A stretch of DNA of 64,000 nucleotides from Pecten maximus (taxonomy: Eukaryota): the NCBI RefSeq assembly GCF_902652985.1, contig NC_047024.1:24986001-25050000 (forward strand), in the 5' to 3' direction. Below the pieces are notes generated by a model. The model saw only the letters and a list, made by a program, of their open reading frames with translations. It had not been told where the DNA came from and did no database searches. Every line of letters starts with the position of its first letter. Within the stretch, counting starts at the first letter, position 1. This document shows positions 1-12,700 of this stretch, piece after piece. The position numbers and the translations under genes were made by a program.

Positions 1-2721
1 CACATGGTCAGCCATACAGACTCTGGTATTTGATGACTTCAGTGTCTTAACTGACCATACAGCTGTCAGATTTTTACATTTTTAAAATCTGTGCTGATAT
101 ATATATAAAAAAAAAACAATTTGAAGAATTTTAATGAAATATCGCTATAAAAAATAATTATACATGTACTCTCACAAGTGTCTACGTCATCGAATCACAA
201 AATGAATACATGTATAAAAACTTTTAAAATTTTTAAATCTTAGCAACATTATTTGATAACATTCACACAACACATAACAGAACAATTTATAGCTATCTAC
301 ATGTATCTGTAGATCATTGATATCTATGGTTCTTCTGTAAAATGAATATTAACATACAATGATACACTGTATCGGTGACATGGAGCATTAGACAGAGAGC
401 CGTGTATCCACAATAGTGTGTTACTGATGTGTAGGGTCACTCCCTCCTCCAGGATTAACCTGTTGATTATTGATGACAACAAGCTTCTACACATGTTGTT
501 GTGTCAGTTGTAATTCCAATATCTGCATTTCACCTGACATGGTGGCGATACTCTCGAGACACGCTGTTAAATAATTTCATTGTTGTGCTAGTAGTCGCCT
601 CTTTTCTGTTCCTGAATCCAATATTTTTTTCCTTTGGTATTTTTTTTTCATGAAAATATTACTTTATTCTGATAATAATTAATTTTCCATTGTTTGTAAG
701 CAGAATGCGACTTTCTGATTGGTTGAGATTTTTTTTTTCATACTTCAATAAAAAAAAAATCGAAAATGGCACGAAAAATGTGACGTCGCAATACGGCCAT
801 TGATGTTGTGTATGGATTTGTGAAAAAAGAATCCATTATAAGATCAGTTAAATCGTACATAAAACATGTTAGTGTTTTGATAATCAATTTCAAAAATTAA
901 TTTTCAGCATTGATGTCAATTATTTTTTAGTTTCATAGTGGTATGAAAAAAATTTCATGATTAAATGAACCAATGTCTCTACAAATGGGGTAGATTTTTT
1001 TGTTTTTAAAAATGGTTTTACTTATATTTCTGGTTTGAAATTGATTTATATGATATTTAACCTGCCACAGTGTTATTGTATTCCGAAGTCAAATTTCCCA
1101 CTGCTAATCGGACCTGGTCATGTGACTTCATGAGTACAAGTGACCGTTTCCGGCTAAAAGACATAGTTCATTGAAAGTTCATTGAAACAAAAAAAAACAA
1201 AATCATGAATTTTATTTCAGAATTTTTACAAATCAGGATATCCACCTTTTATACAACATAACTGCATTAATTTTTGGCAGTTACATTGATTAAAGAAATA
1301 TATTTATATTATGTTCATTATAAGAAATGTTTTATGAACATATCCTACATTCTCAATTCTCCAGAATAATGACACACTAGATATTTCCTGTATTTTTAAA
1401 ATATTCAATATCTAAAACTATATTTAAAAAAGTTACTTAAATTAACTTGAATCAAAAAAATATTCAAATTACAAGTTTAACACACTTTCCATTCCATCTT
1501 TTAATATTTGTGTGTTTTTATTTTTCTGACTTCTTTTTTTTATTTCCATATTTTTTGCCCCTATAGCAACACTGAAGGTTTAAATAGTTATATGATGTAA
1601 TTTTAAAGTCATGATTCAGCATATATTGTTATTGTTGCTAGACTCATATTTCAAGATGCTATTCCGTTCGTTGCGTGTCATTTGCCAATCCTGATTCTGA
1701 GAATTCTCTATTCATACTTGCATCAGGTTTGAAATTTCTGTAAAAAAATGCCAAAACTATTATCCGATTGAGAAAAATGAATCATTGAACATACATGTGG
1801 GTAATTGGAATAAAACTGGCTTTGAAATGCCCAAGATTGGATTAAATTTGTTTATATTGCCCATGAAACAGGCAGTTAATGATAGGCCGTTATCACCCCA
1901 AGGGATGAAATGCATCACAATGGAGAAAACATTGGCGCCACCAACGTTTGGGACAATAGTATCATCCCTATTCCTTAGAAGTTATTATTTATACAAACTA
2001 GATCTGGTTGCATAGATGGCCGACAACTTTCACACGTTGGGTTTTGTATAGATTTTTTTATTTGAGAGCAGTGTATAATTTTCCAATTCACACAGTAAAG
2101 TTTTTCCAATAAGAAAATCCCAATAGGATTTCCGAATAACTCTTCATTATCGGATCACCAAATTAAGGGCCACACTGGGAGCTTTAAATGGTACAGTCAT
2201 TCCACATCAGAGCTGCAGAAACTTACAGCTTTTAATGGAATCCTCTAGAGAAGCAAAGAGTTAATTCAAATAAATTTAGTCCCACTTTGGGAGAATATTG
2301 CTTTCCCCAGGCTTTCAAAGACGCTTATTCGAAAGAAAATCTTCATAACAGCTAGAAAGATATCAAAACCTTATAAGAAAGATGTTCCATTAGCAATGAT
2401 GTAATTGGAAAATCAATATACGGAAATAAAACCTTATTATCATCAGTATTAATGTCAAGTTTTTAAAAGATCAAGGGACTAATTAATCTTCTGTTGCCAA
2501 GATACAAGCGTTTATTCAGATGACCTGGTATGTCTGAGCGAGTTGATGCAGTATTAGTTCTCCCAATATGATTATACACTTGGAGCAGAAATTCCACTTG
2601 ATAATTATTTCATCACGATATACATTGCATGTTGATCTATATCATATTATGTTAACTGTTGAAGTAATTATTTTTATCATGTTAATGATAATCATTACAT
2701 TACTTGTTCTATTTATAATAA

Positions 2722-2906
2722 TAAGTAAAGATGACCAGACAACATCCGCAGGAAGATCTTCAACTGGTTTAATGGTTTACATGTTTCGGCATACTAGGTA
2801 TGCCGTCCTAACCCTCTGAGGACGGCATACCTAGTATGCCGAAACATGTAAACCATTAAACCAGTTGAAGATCTTCCTGCGGATGTTGTCTGGTCATCTT
2901 TACTTA
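2722..2906. repeat. Perfect long inverted repeat (88-bp arms, 9-nt loop), probably a Penelope-like element terminus
   Basis: 2722-2809 is the reverse complement of 2819-2906. It contains a nested hairpin GGCATAC-CTA-GTATGCC and CTGAGGA...GAAACATGTA. Confidence 0.85.
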
Positions 2907-3524
2907 CACACTTTTTATGTACCGGACTCGTGTATTCCATGAGGAATCCATCCTAGGGAGACTATCGGACGCATAGAACTACCTACACCGGACGTTGGAT
3001 CTCATTTTCTTTGTATTGTTCTTTCTATGTATTATATTATGTAGCATTGAACGACCTTGGTGATGAACGACTTAGGGGCCCCAGTACATAGCATTGAATG
3101 ACCTTGTGGGGGTGGGCGGGGATACAGTGTTACCCATACCCCTTCCTGAATAAAGGACATATCTTGAGAACCCCTCAAAGATTTGGTTCATATTCTAAAC
3201 CGTTGTATCATAACATCGAGTTCTACACCTTATTGTGGTTGTCAAGGTTAAAGAGTGCATGGAATTGTGGCATATGAGCCGGGACATTCCTTTCTCTTAC
3301 CCTGGACAGGGATATCCACAATTTTATCCTAGAGTTGAGACTAGCTACAAATGCACTTTGCACATTCTCAACAATTGTATGATGTCACGGCACCAATACA
3401 ATGACGTCATGGCAACAATTCAATGACGTCAGGCCAACAATTCAGTAATGTCACATCAACATTATCTTGCGTTGATGTAATATCCGCATAAGATACATAA
3501 GAGGGTAAACAGAGTAAAAAAATT

Positions 3525-3678
3525 CATTCACCCTCATAGAAGTGAGACAGGGGGATCTCAACACTTGGGGATAAGATAATTAAGCTGCCAAACACTCGGC
3601 AAGCCTCGTGTTTGGCAACTTAAGAATCTTCCCCTTGGGTTGAGATTCGCCTGTCTCACCCCCGAGGGGTGAAAGATT
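3525..3678. mobile_element. Imperfect fold-back (MITE-like) sequence
   Basis: TTCACCCTC..GTGAGACAGG..ATCTCAAC..TTAAGCTGCCAAACAC pairs with GTGTTTGGCAACTTAAG..GTTGAGAT..CCTGTCTCAC..GGGTGAAA. Confidence 0.55.
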
Positions 3679-3736
3679 CTATTAGTCTTTCTGATTATTG
3701 TTCTAGTTCTTTGATGTTTTTTTTTTTTTTTTACAG

Positions 3737-6700
3737 GTTTTACAGACTACCTTCTATCAGGAGAATGTGATATATTTGATATGGAACAACAATCTGTATG
3801 TCAAGATATGACACAACCACTAAGTCACTACTTTATAGCCAGCTCACATAATACGTAAGTACTTCATAGCCAGCTCACATAATACGTAAGAACTTCATGG
3901 CCAGCTCACATAATACGTAAGTACTTCATAGCCAGCTCACATAATACGTAAGTACTTCATAGCCAGCTCACATAATACGTAAGTACTTCATAGCCAGCTC
4001 ACATAATACGTAAGTACTTCATGGCCAGCTCACATAATACGTAAGTACTTCATAGCCAGCTCACATAATACGTAAGTACTTCATAGCCAGCTCACATAAT
4101 ACGTAAGTACTTCATAGCCAGCTCACATAATACGTAAGTACTTTATAGCCAGCTCACATAATACGTAAGTACTTTATAGCCAGCTAACATAATACGTAAG
4201 TACTTCATAGCCAGCTCACATAATACGTAAGTACTTCATAGCCAGCTCACATAATACGTAAGTACTTCATAGCCAGCTCACATAATATGTAAGTACTTCA
4301 TGGCCAGCTCACATAATACGTAAGTACTTCATGGCCAGCTCACATAATACGTAAGTACTTCATAGCCAGCTCACATAATATGTAAGTACTTCATAGCCAG
4401 CTCACATAATATGTAAGTACTTCATAGCCAGCTCACATAATACGTAAGTACTTCATAGCCAGCTCACATAATACGTAAGTACTTCATGGCCAGCTCACAT
4501 AATATGTAAGTACTTCATAGCCAGCTCACATAATACGTAAGTACTTCATGGCCAGCTCACATAATATGTAAGTACTTCATAGCCAGCTCACATAATACAT
4601 AAGTACTATATAGCCAGCTCACATATTACGTAAGTACTTCATAGCCAGCTCACATAATACGTAAGTACTTCATGGCCAGCTCACATAATACGTAAGTACT
4701 TCATAGCCAGCTCACATAATACGTAAGTACTTCATAGCCAGCTCACATAATACGTAAGTACTTCATGGCCAGCTCACATATTACGTAAGTACTTCATAGC
4801 CAGCTCACATAATACGTAAGTACTTCATGGCCAGCTCACATAATACGTAAGTACTTCATAGCCAGCTCACATAATACATAAGTACTATATAGCCAGCTCA
4901 CATATTACGTAAGTACTTCATAGCCAGCTCACATAATACGTAAGTACTTCATAGCCAGCTCACATAATACGTAAGTACTTCATAGCCAGCTCACATAATA
5001 CGTAAGTACTTCATAGCCAACTCACATAATACGTAAATACTTTATAGTCAGCTCACATAATACGTAAGTACTATATATCCAGCTCACATAATACGTAAGT
5101 ACTTCATAGCCAGCTCACATAATACATAAGTACTTTATAGCCAGCTCACATAATACGTAAGTACTATATATCCAGCTCACATAATACGTAAGTACTATAT
5201 ATCCAGCTCACATAATACGTAAGTACTATATAGCCAGCTCACATAATACGTAAGTACTATATATCCAGCTCACATAATACGTAAGTACTTTATAGTCAGC
5301 TCACATAATACGTAAGTACTTCATAGCCAGCTCACATAATACGTAAGTACTTTATAGTCAGCTCACATAATACGTAAGTACTATATATCCAGCTCACATA
5401 ATACGTAAGTATATAGGATTATATACCGTATATTTATCTTGTTATAAGCTCGGGCGACAAACCGTATATCAAGATATGACACAACTACTAAGTCACTTCT
5501 TCATAACCAGCTCACAATTGCTTATTACCAGACACAGACTTATTACCAGGCATGGGCTTATTACCAGACATGTGCTTATTACCAGACACGGACTTATTAC
5601 CAGACATGGACTTATTACCAGACACAGACTTATTACCAGACATAGACCTATTACCAGACACAGACTTATTACCAGACACAGACTTATTACCAGACATTGG
5701 CTTATTACCAGACACAGACTTATTACCAGACACACCAGACACACACTTATTACCAGACACAGGCTTAATACCAGACACTGGCTTAATACCAGACACTGGC
5801 TTATTACCAAGCATGTGCTTATTACCAGACACAGACTTATTACCAGACACAGACTTATTACCAGACACAGACTTATTACCAGACACACACTTATTACCAG
5901 ACACACCAGACACACACTTATTACCAGACACAGGCTTAATACCAGACACTGGCTTAATACCAGACACTGGCTTATTACCAAGCATGTGCTTATTACCAGA
6001 CACAGACTTATTACCAGACACAGACTTATTACCAGACACAGACTTATTACCAGACACACTTATTACCAGACACACACTTATTACCAGACACACACTTAAT
6101 ACCAGACACTGGCTTATTACCAAGCATGGGTTCATTACCAGACACATATGGCTTATTACTAGACACAGGCTTATTACTAGGCATGGGCTTATTTGTAGAT
6201 AAATACAATAATACATGAGTATGCTATATGATATAAGATGATACATAAATATCAATACACTTTTTTTTTGCAAAATTCTGTTATACAAGATAATGTAATG
6301 CATTCATATGTTATATCTTCTGCATAATTTATGATTGTATAACTTATACAACCCTAAGTTAGCCGAGAAGCTAGCTAATGTATTATTACGAATTGGTTGT
6401 ATCTTTGAGTATTTTATATGTTCTGTTTCCACTAGACTTCTTTAATGTTGATTCCCCTAAATTTTTATTTCCATGCATAAATAAAATGACCCTAGATCTG
6501 TTTTACCCTTTTATATAGTAAACAGCATGACTAAATCTGATGTTGGAGGAGTATAATGGAAAAGCTACAGGGGTACAGCCATTCAGAATCTATCTTGATA
6601 TAAAATACCTGTACAGGCTGTATATAATATGGGGTGATAAATGATTTACCGTTTTTATTTTTCAGGTATTTAATGAAGGACCAGTTACAAGGCCCTTCCA

Positions 6701-9700
6701 GTGTAGAGGCGTACATTAGGGCTCTCAATAAGGGATGTCGGTGTGTTGATTGTAAGTTTTTTTTCTGTATTATTATACCATTATCAGTTACCTTAATATC
6801 AACAATTGACTTATATTGCCCCTATATTGGTTACTGCAAAAGTTGCGATTTTCATTGGGATTTTTTTTTTATAGATTTTGATCAAATTTAAATAACAAAG
6901 GCCAAATACAGGAATGCCTACAATACTATAATGATCCCAAGGTATAATAATATAATATAATATAATATAATATAATAGCCAGTTCAATTTCATTGTCTTC
7001 ATTATGAATTGACTTTAATCAAATAATTGGAAGTAAGTGATTAGAATACCTCAGGTTGGCTTGGAGTTTCATTCCTAAGGTCAAGGCTAATTAAGGTCAC
7101 AGCTATTACTATTAATAGAAAATATTTTTGTCACTTCTACAGCGGCTGTATTTCTAAACAAATTTTTCTACCATCATACAATACTTATAAAGAATGACAT
7201 GGACTTTCAACTTAAAATTTCTCAAGCTTGATAAAGTCCTGTTACTTCTGGGTGGCAAGGTCAAATCAACCATCATAAAGGTGACATACAGGTTAGAGCC
7301 AACCTCAAGGACAAATGTCCACCAGAAGTGTCTACCATCTGCAATCTCAAAAGATTTTACAAAAGATATTAAACCTTTCTATACAAATTCAGAGTAAGAT
7401 AGACTAAATTATTTGAACTGCATCATACAGCTGTAGATATAGAAATGGCCACAGGTACATTCTCGTTTTCTCAGACATTTTCTGGTTATTATGACTGCTC
7501 AGGTATGCCAGGTGTTGGTGATATCTACCTTGGAGGTGATGGATGAGATGTAGAGATAACCAGTTAATATCTCTTAAATCTAGGTATCCCTTGGGTGTAG
7601 TATCAGTTAAAAGTGGCTCAGCTCAATTAAATGGCCAAACGAGACTGAGCAGGGTATCTGTGACTATCACTAGAATCTATCCCTGGGTGAGGAATCAATA
7701 AAATGAAACAATGATAATGATGGCAGGGGACCTGTTTGACTACATCTGATTCACTAGAATCTATCCCTGGGGGGAGGTTATCAAGTGGCTCAGCCCATTA
7801 GCCATAATACAGGAACGGGTGGGGCAGGGGAGGGACAGGGGTGGGGCAGGGGAGCTACAGGGGTGGGGCAGGGACCTGTGACTACATCACTGGAATCTAG
7901 CCCCAGAGTGGGGATGTAAAGTGACCTAGACCAATAGCCAAGCAGGGGACAGGGCAGGGGTTGGGGCAGGGACCTGTGACTACATCACTAGAATCTACAT
8001 GGGGTGAGGTTATAAAGTGGCTCAGACATATAGCAAAGCAGACGACGGGGCAGGGGTCGGGGCAGGTGTCGGGGCAGGGGTGGGGAAAGAACCTGTGGCT
8101 TCATCACTAGAATCTATCCCCAGAGTGAGATTATAAAGTGGATCAGACCAGTAGCCAAGCAGGGGACGGGGACGGGGCAGGGGTGGGGAAGGAACCTATG
8201 ACTACATCACTTGCATCTATCCCCAGAGTGAGGTTATAAAGTGGCTCAGACCAGTAGCCAAGCAGGGGACGGGGCATGGGTCGGGGCAGGGGTCGGGGCA
8301 GGGACCTATGACTACATCACCAGTAGCCAAGCAGGGACATGTGCCTATATCTAGAACCTATCCTTAGTGTTAAGTACCAATAAAGTGATTTAAACAAAGA
8401 CATGAAATATTGAAGAAAATCTCAGGTTTACTTAAGGTTTTCTGCAATGTTTCATCCTGAAGGCACGATTCTGCTAATCAATACCTCAACCTCCAGAGAG
8501 ATTGTATCTCTCCTCAACCTAAACCAAAGAGGGTAAAATTCCTCTTGGTGTTCCAACCTGACCTAGTGTATGTTAACATGATGTCTGTTTACATTGACAG
8601 TGGACTGTTGGGATGGACCTAATGGGGAACCAATCATCAAACATGGCAGAACACTGACCACGAAAATCACATTTGTGTCTGTCATAGAAACCATCAACAA
8701 GCATTTATTTGATATATCAGAGTAAGTATGTAAGAATAAGTAAGTATATATAAGTATTAAGTAAGTATACACTCCTGAAGTGATATCACAAGGGACATAT
8801 TCACTCATTCTAACCATTCTCCTATCTGCTCTGGTTAGACATTGTGTTCTTTTTCGCTGTGTTAAGATGCGTCCAGTTCAGTTGATGCGACATCGTACAC
8901 CTTTCAGTAGCATTCACTGGTTTTAATGAGAATCAAACAAAAATTGTCAATAAGCATAAATTTGCATGCTGTTTAAAACCATTTCTTCAAGGAAGTAGCA
9001 CTTGAAAGATTGAGTTTCAATTTGAATTTCAAATAAGGTTTAATGCATTTTGTGTGAAAATTACACATGTGAAAATTTATTGTAAAGAAATCGGGCGCTG
9101 CATGTGGCCAAGTGGTTAAGGTGTCCTGACACTTTATCACTAGCCCTCCACCTCTGGGTTGCAAGTTCGAAACCCATGTGGGGCAGTTGCCTGGTAGTGA
9201 CCGTAGGCCAGTGGTTTTTCTCTGGGTACTCCAGCTTTCCTCCACCTTCAAAACCTGGCACATCCTTAAATGACCTTGGCTGTTAATAGGACGTTAAACA
9301 AAATAAACCAAACTAAACCAATGTAGAGAAATCTACACTCATTAAAATAATTTGTAGAGATAAGCTAACTTTTGACAATGAGTTGTGAAAACTATGCACT
9401 CATCAGAATCAATTTTTAAGAAAACAATGCAATGTATTCATGAGAATGAGTTGTTGATATAAAACCATTTTTGAAAATAGATTTTACAAAAACTCAAAAT
9501 AAGATTGTGTATTGTCAAAGTGACCAGTTTGTTGAAAACTTTCATTGAATGTTTTATTTTACAGCTACCCCCTGATATTATCTATAGAAAACCACTGTAG
9601 TATAAAACAACAGAAAATCATGGTTGAGTGTATGCAGGCTACGTTTGGAGATAAACTTGTCCTCTTACCATTAAACCATGAAGTACAAGATCTACCATCA

Positions 9701-12700
9701 CCAGAGAATCTCCGTGGAAAAGTTGTCATTAAGGTCAGTATGTTCAATATAATCAAGATGGACTGGTTTGTCTGCCATAGGTTTTCTGCTCTCTGCTATG
9801 ATTCAGAAAGAACTGTTACTAAGGGAGGTAACCCAGTCGAATAATCAGGGCCATCACTGGTATGTTATAATACCAGGGCCGTTTTCGTGTATCACGGTCC
9901 AAACAGTTGGACCGGTTAGACCAGAGTTGTTCGTTTATAAAACAAGGACAGACCAGATGATATTTTGTTGTTTTCAGACGAGCTTTGACAAAGACTTTTA
10001 AGGTCTGTATATCTGCAGGTCTGTCAATATATATTCCCGAAATACTACATTTGAAATGGACGAACCAGTTAGTCCACATAAACAAACGGGCCCCTGATCT
10101 GTCATGATTGGTTCACTTGGGTGCTCCAATCAAAGTTTCTCTTATGTTGATTAAATTTCCATTACCTAGATATCATATTGTTTGTTCTGTCTTTTGGTTA
10201 GATTAAATTCAGACAACATTCTTAACTGAGATACATCATTCAGTTTTTCAGTATCCTTTAAATGAAGTCTTTTACATTTTTAAATCTTACCGTTTTTTAA
10301 TTTGTGTTGACAGAGTAAGAAGCTGCAACTGGACTGTACTTTGGAGGAAGACTATGTGACAGACGAGGACGAATCATCAGAAGTGGAGAAGAAGAAAAAC
10401 AACAAGGCCAAAGTAAACACCTTTTCATTCTAATTTTGGTGTACTCATATATTACCGAATATCTTAATTTAAACAGATTCGCATGACAAGGAATTGGCAC
10501 TCTCACGATTGTTCTCGTAGAAAACAATAAACAGAAATGACAAGTGCGAGCATTATTTAGTGGAATGCTTTAAGTGTGAAAAGCTCTAAAATAAGAATAC
10601 CACCAAAAAATGAAAGTTGACAGTATTTCTTGTGATAGAAATTATAGGAAGGGTGAGCTAGAACACTGATTGCCTTCGATTATAATTCACAATCAAATAA
10701 TTATACCCCCGCAACGAAGTTAGGGGGGGGGGGGGTATACTGGAATCAGGTCTGTCCGTCCGTCCGTCTGTCTGTAGACGCATTTTGTCAGGACAACTCC
10801 TCCTAAACCGATGGGCCAATTCCGATGAAACTTCACACAAATATTAATGATCATGTGTAGATGTGCATGCCACTTTATTTTTCTCAAAATTATGGTTGCT
10901 ATGGCAACTGGTCACTATAAACAGGTTTTCTGATAAGAACCATAACTTTAAGTTTGTCCGGACAACTCCTCCTAAACTGAAGGGCCGATTTCAATGAAAC
11001 TTCACACAAATAAAGAGGACCATGTATAGATGTGCATGCCACTTTCTTTTTTTGCAAAATTATGGTTGCTATGGCAACTGGTCACTATATTAATGGGTTA
11101 TCTTAGTTAGCCTCTAATTAACAGTTCCAATTCACCATTGACTCGTGCAGATTGCGGGGGTATTAGTCAGCCATCCTGGCGACAGTTCGAGTTTTAATCC
11201 AGCTACTAATATTAAACTATTACTTAAGCTAATTATCAATTACTCAGATGAGGAGAATTAAGAGATTATGAATATTATAAAGTTATATTTGATTATAATG
11301 TTTATGTATAGCACTGACGGACATGATACCTGTTGATTATGAGTATTATAAAGGTTTATGTACAGTGTAGCACTGACAGACATGATACCTGTTGATTATG
11401 AGTATTATAAAGGTTTATGTACAGTGTAGCACTGATGGACATGATACCTGTTGATTATGAGTATTATAAAGTTATATTTGATTATAATGTTTATGTACAG
11501 TGTAGCACTGACGGACAGGATACCTGTTGATTATGAGTATTATAAAGGTTTATGTACAGTGTAGCACTGACGGACAGGATACCTGTTGATTATGAGTATT
11601 ATAAAGTTATATTTGATTATAATGTTTATGTACAGTGTAGCACTGACGGACAGGATACCTGTTGATTATGAGTATTATAAAGGTTTATGTACAGTGTAGC
11701 ACTGACGGACAGGATACCTGTTGATTATGAGTATTATAAAGTTATATTTGATTATAATGTTTATGTACAGTTGTAGCACTGACGGACAGGATACCTGTTG
11801 ATTATGAGTATTATAAAGGTTTATGTACAGTGTAGCACTGACGGACAGGATACCTGTTGATTATGAGTATTATAAAGTTATATTTGATTATAATGTTTAT
11901 GTACAGTCTAGCACTGACGGACAGGATACCTGTTGATTATGAGTATTATAAAGGTTTATGCACAGTGTAGCACTGACGGACAGGATACCTGTTGATTATG
12001 AGTATTATAAAGTTATATTTGATTATAATGTTTATGTACAGTGTAGCACTGACGGACAGGATACCTGTTGATTATGAGTATTATATAGTTATATTTGATT
12101 ATAATGTTTATGTACAGTGTAGCACTGACGGACAGGATACCTGTTGATTATGAGTATTATAAAGTTATATTTGATTATAATGTTTATGTAAAGTGTAGCA
12201 TTGATGGACATGATACCTGTTATAAAAATTAAATTGTTCCATTATTCCAGGATAGTCCAGCCAACAAACAGATTAAACTGGGGAAGGATTTGTCTGATCT
12301 AGTCACTTACTGTGTGTCTGTGAGGTTCCAAGACTTCCGAGTCTCTCAAGTAAATCGTAAGTTTGCCTCAGCATTATAGGGCGCACAAATCTACTGGTGT
12401 CCTATGGTCGTTACACGGCCCATTTATCTATTTGTCCAAATTACTTAGTAACACAGATTGTCTGTCCATCTGTCCACCTCCATACTAGCTACACAGCCTG
12501 CCTGCCTGCCAGTCTGTCCATCCACTTTACAATAATTACATACACTGTCTGTCTGTCTGTCTTTCTGTCTACCATGTAGTAGCCACATAGCTTGTCTGTC
12601 TGTCTGTATGCCCAATAACAGTGGCACAACTTGTCTGTCCAGCCATCCAGCCTATAGTTTCACAGGATTATCTCCAAATTCAAACGTTTAAGATTATTGA

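Noticed and set aside
1-3736. Upstream EF-hand exons of gene A
   Set aside because: No exon matching the gene B 53281-53188 homolog was found; the region is treated as intron with transposon remnants.
3829-5410. CRISPR-like appearance of regular ~30-bp repeats (also 21810-23530, 34940-36405 and 40282-41805)
   Set aside because: Head-to-tail repeats with no unique spacers, no cas genes, and a spliceosomal-intron context.
5476-6303. Overlapping 188-263 aa ORFs on both strands (LLPDTD, SGNK and LITRH repeats)
   Set aside because: Translations of an 18-bp intronic minisatellite that lacks stops in several frames; no splice or domain support.
9092-9185. Possible tRNA genes (A and B boxes; also near 13700 and 21030)
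   Set aside because: They are heads of multi-copy SINEs with SINE bodies and tails; no complete cloverleaf seen.
11290-12222. Array near acceptor 12251 as another junction-derived repeat
   Set aside because: Only CAGGATA is shared with the acceptor, too little to claim derivation.
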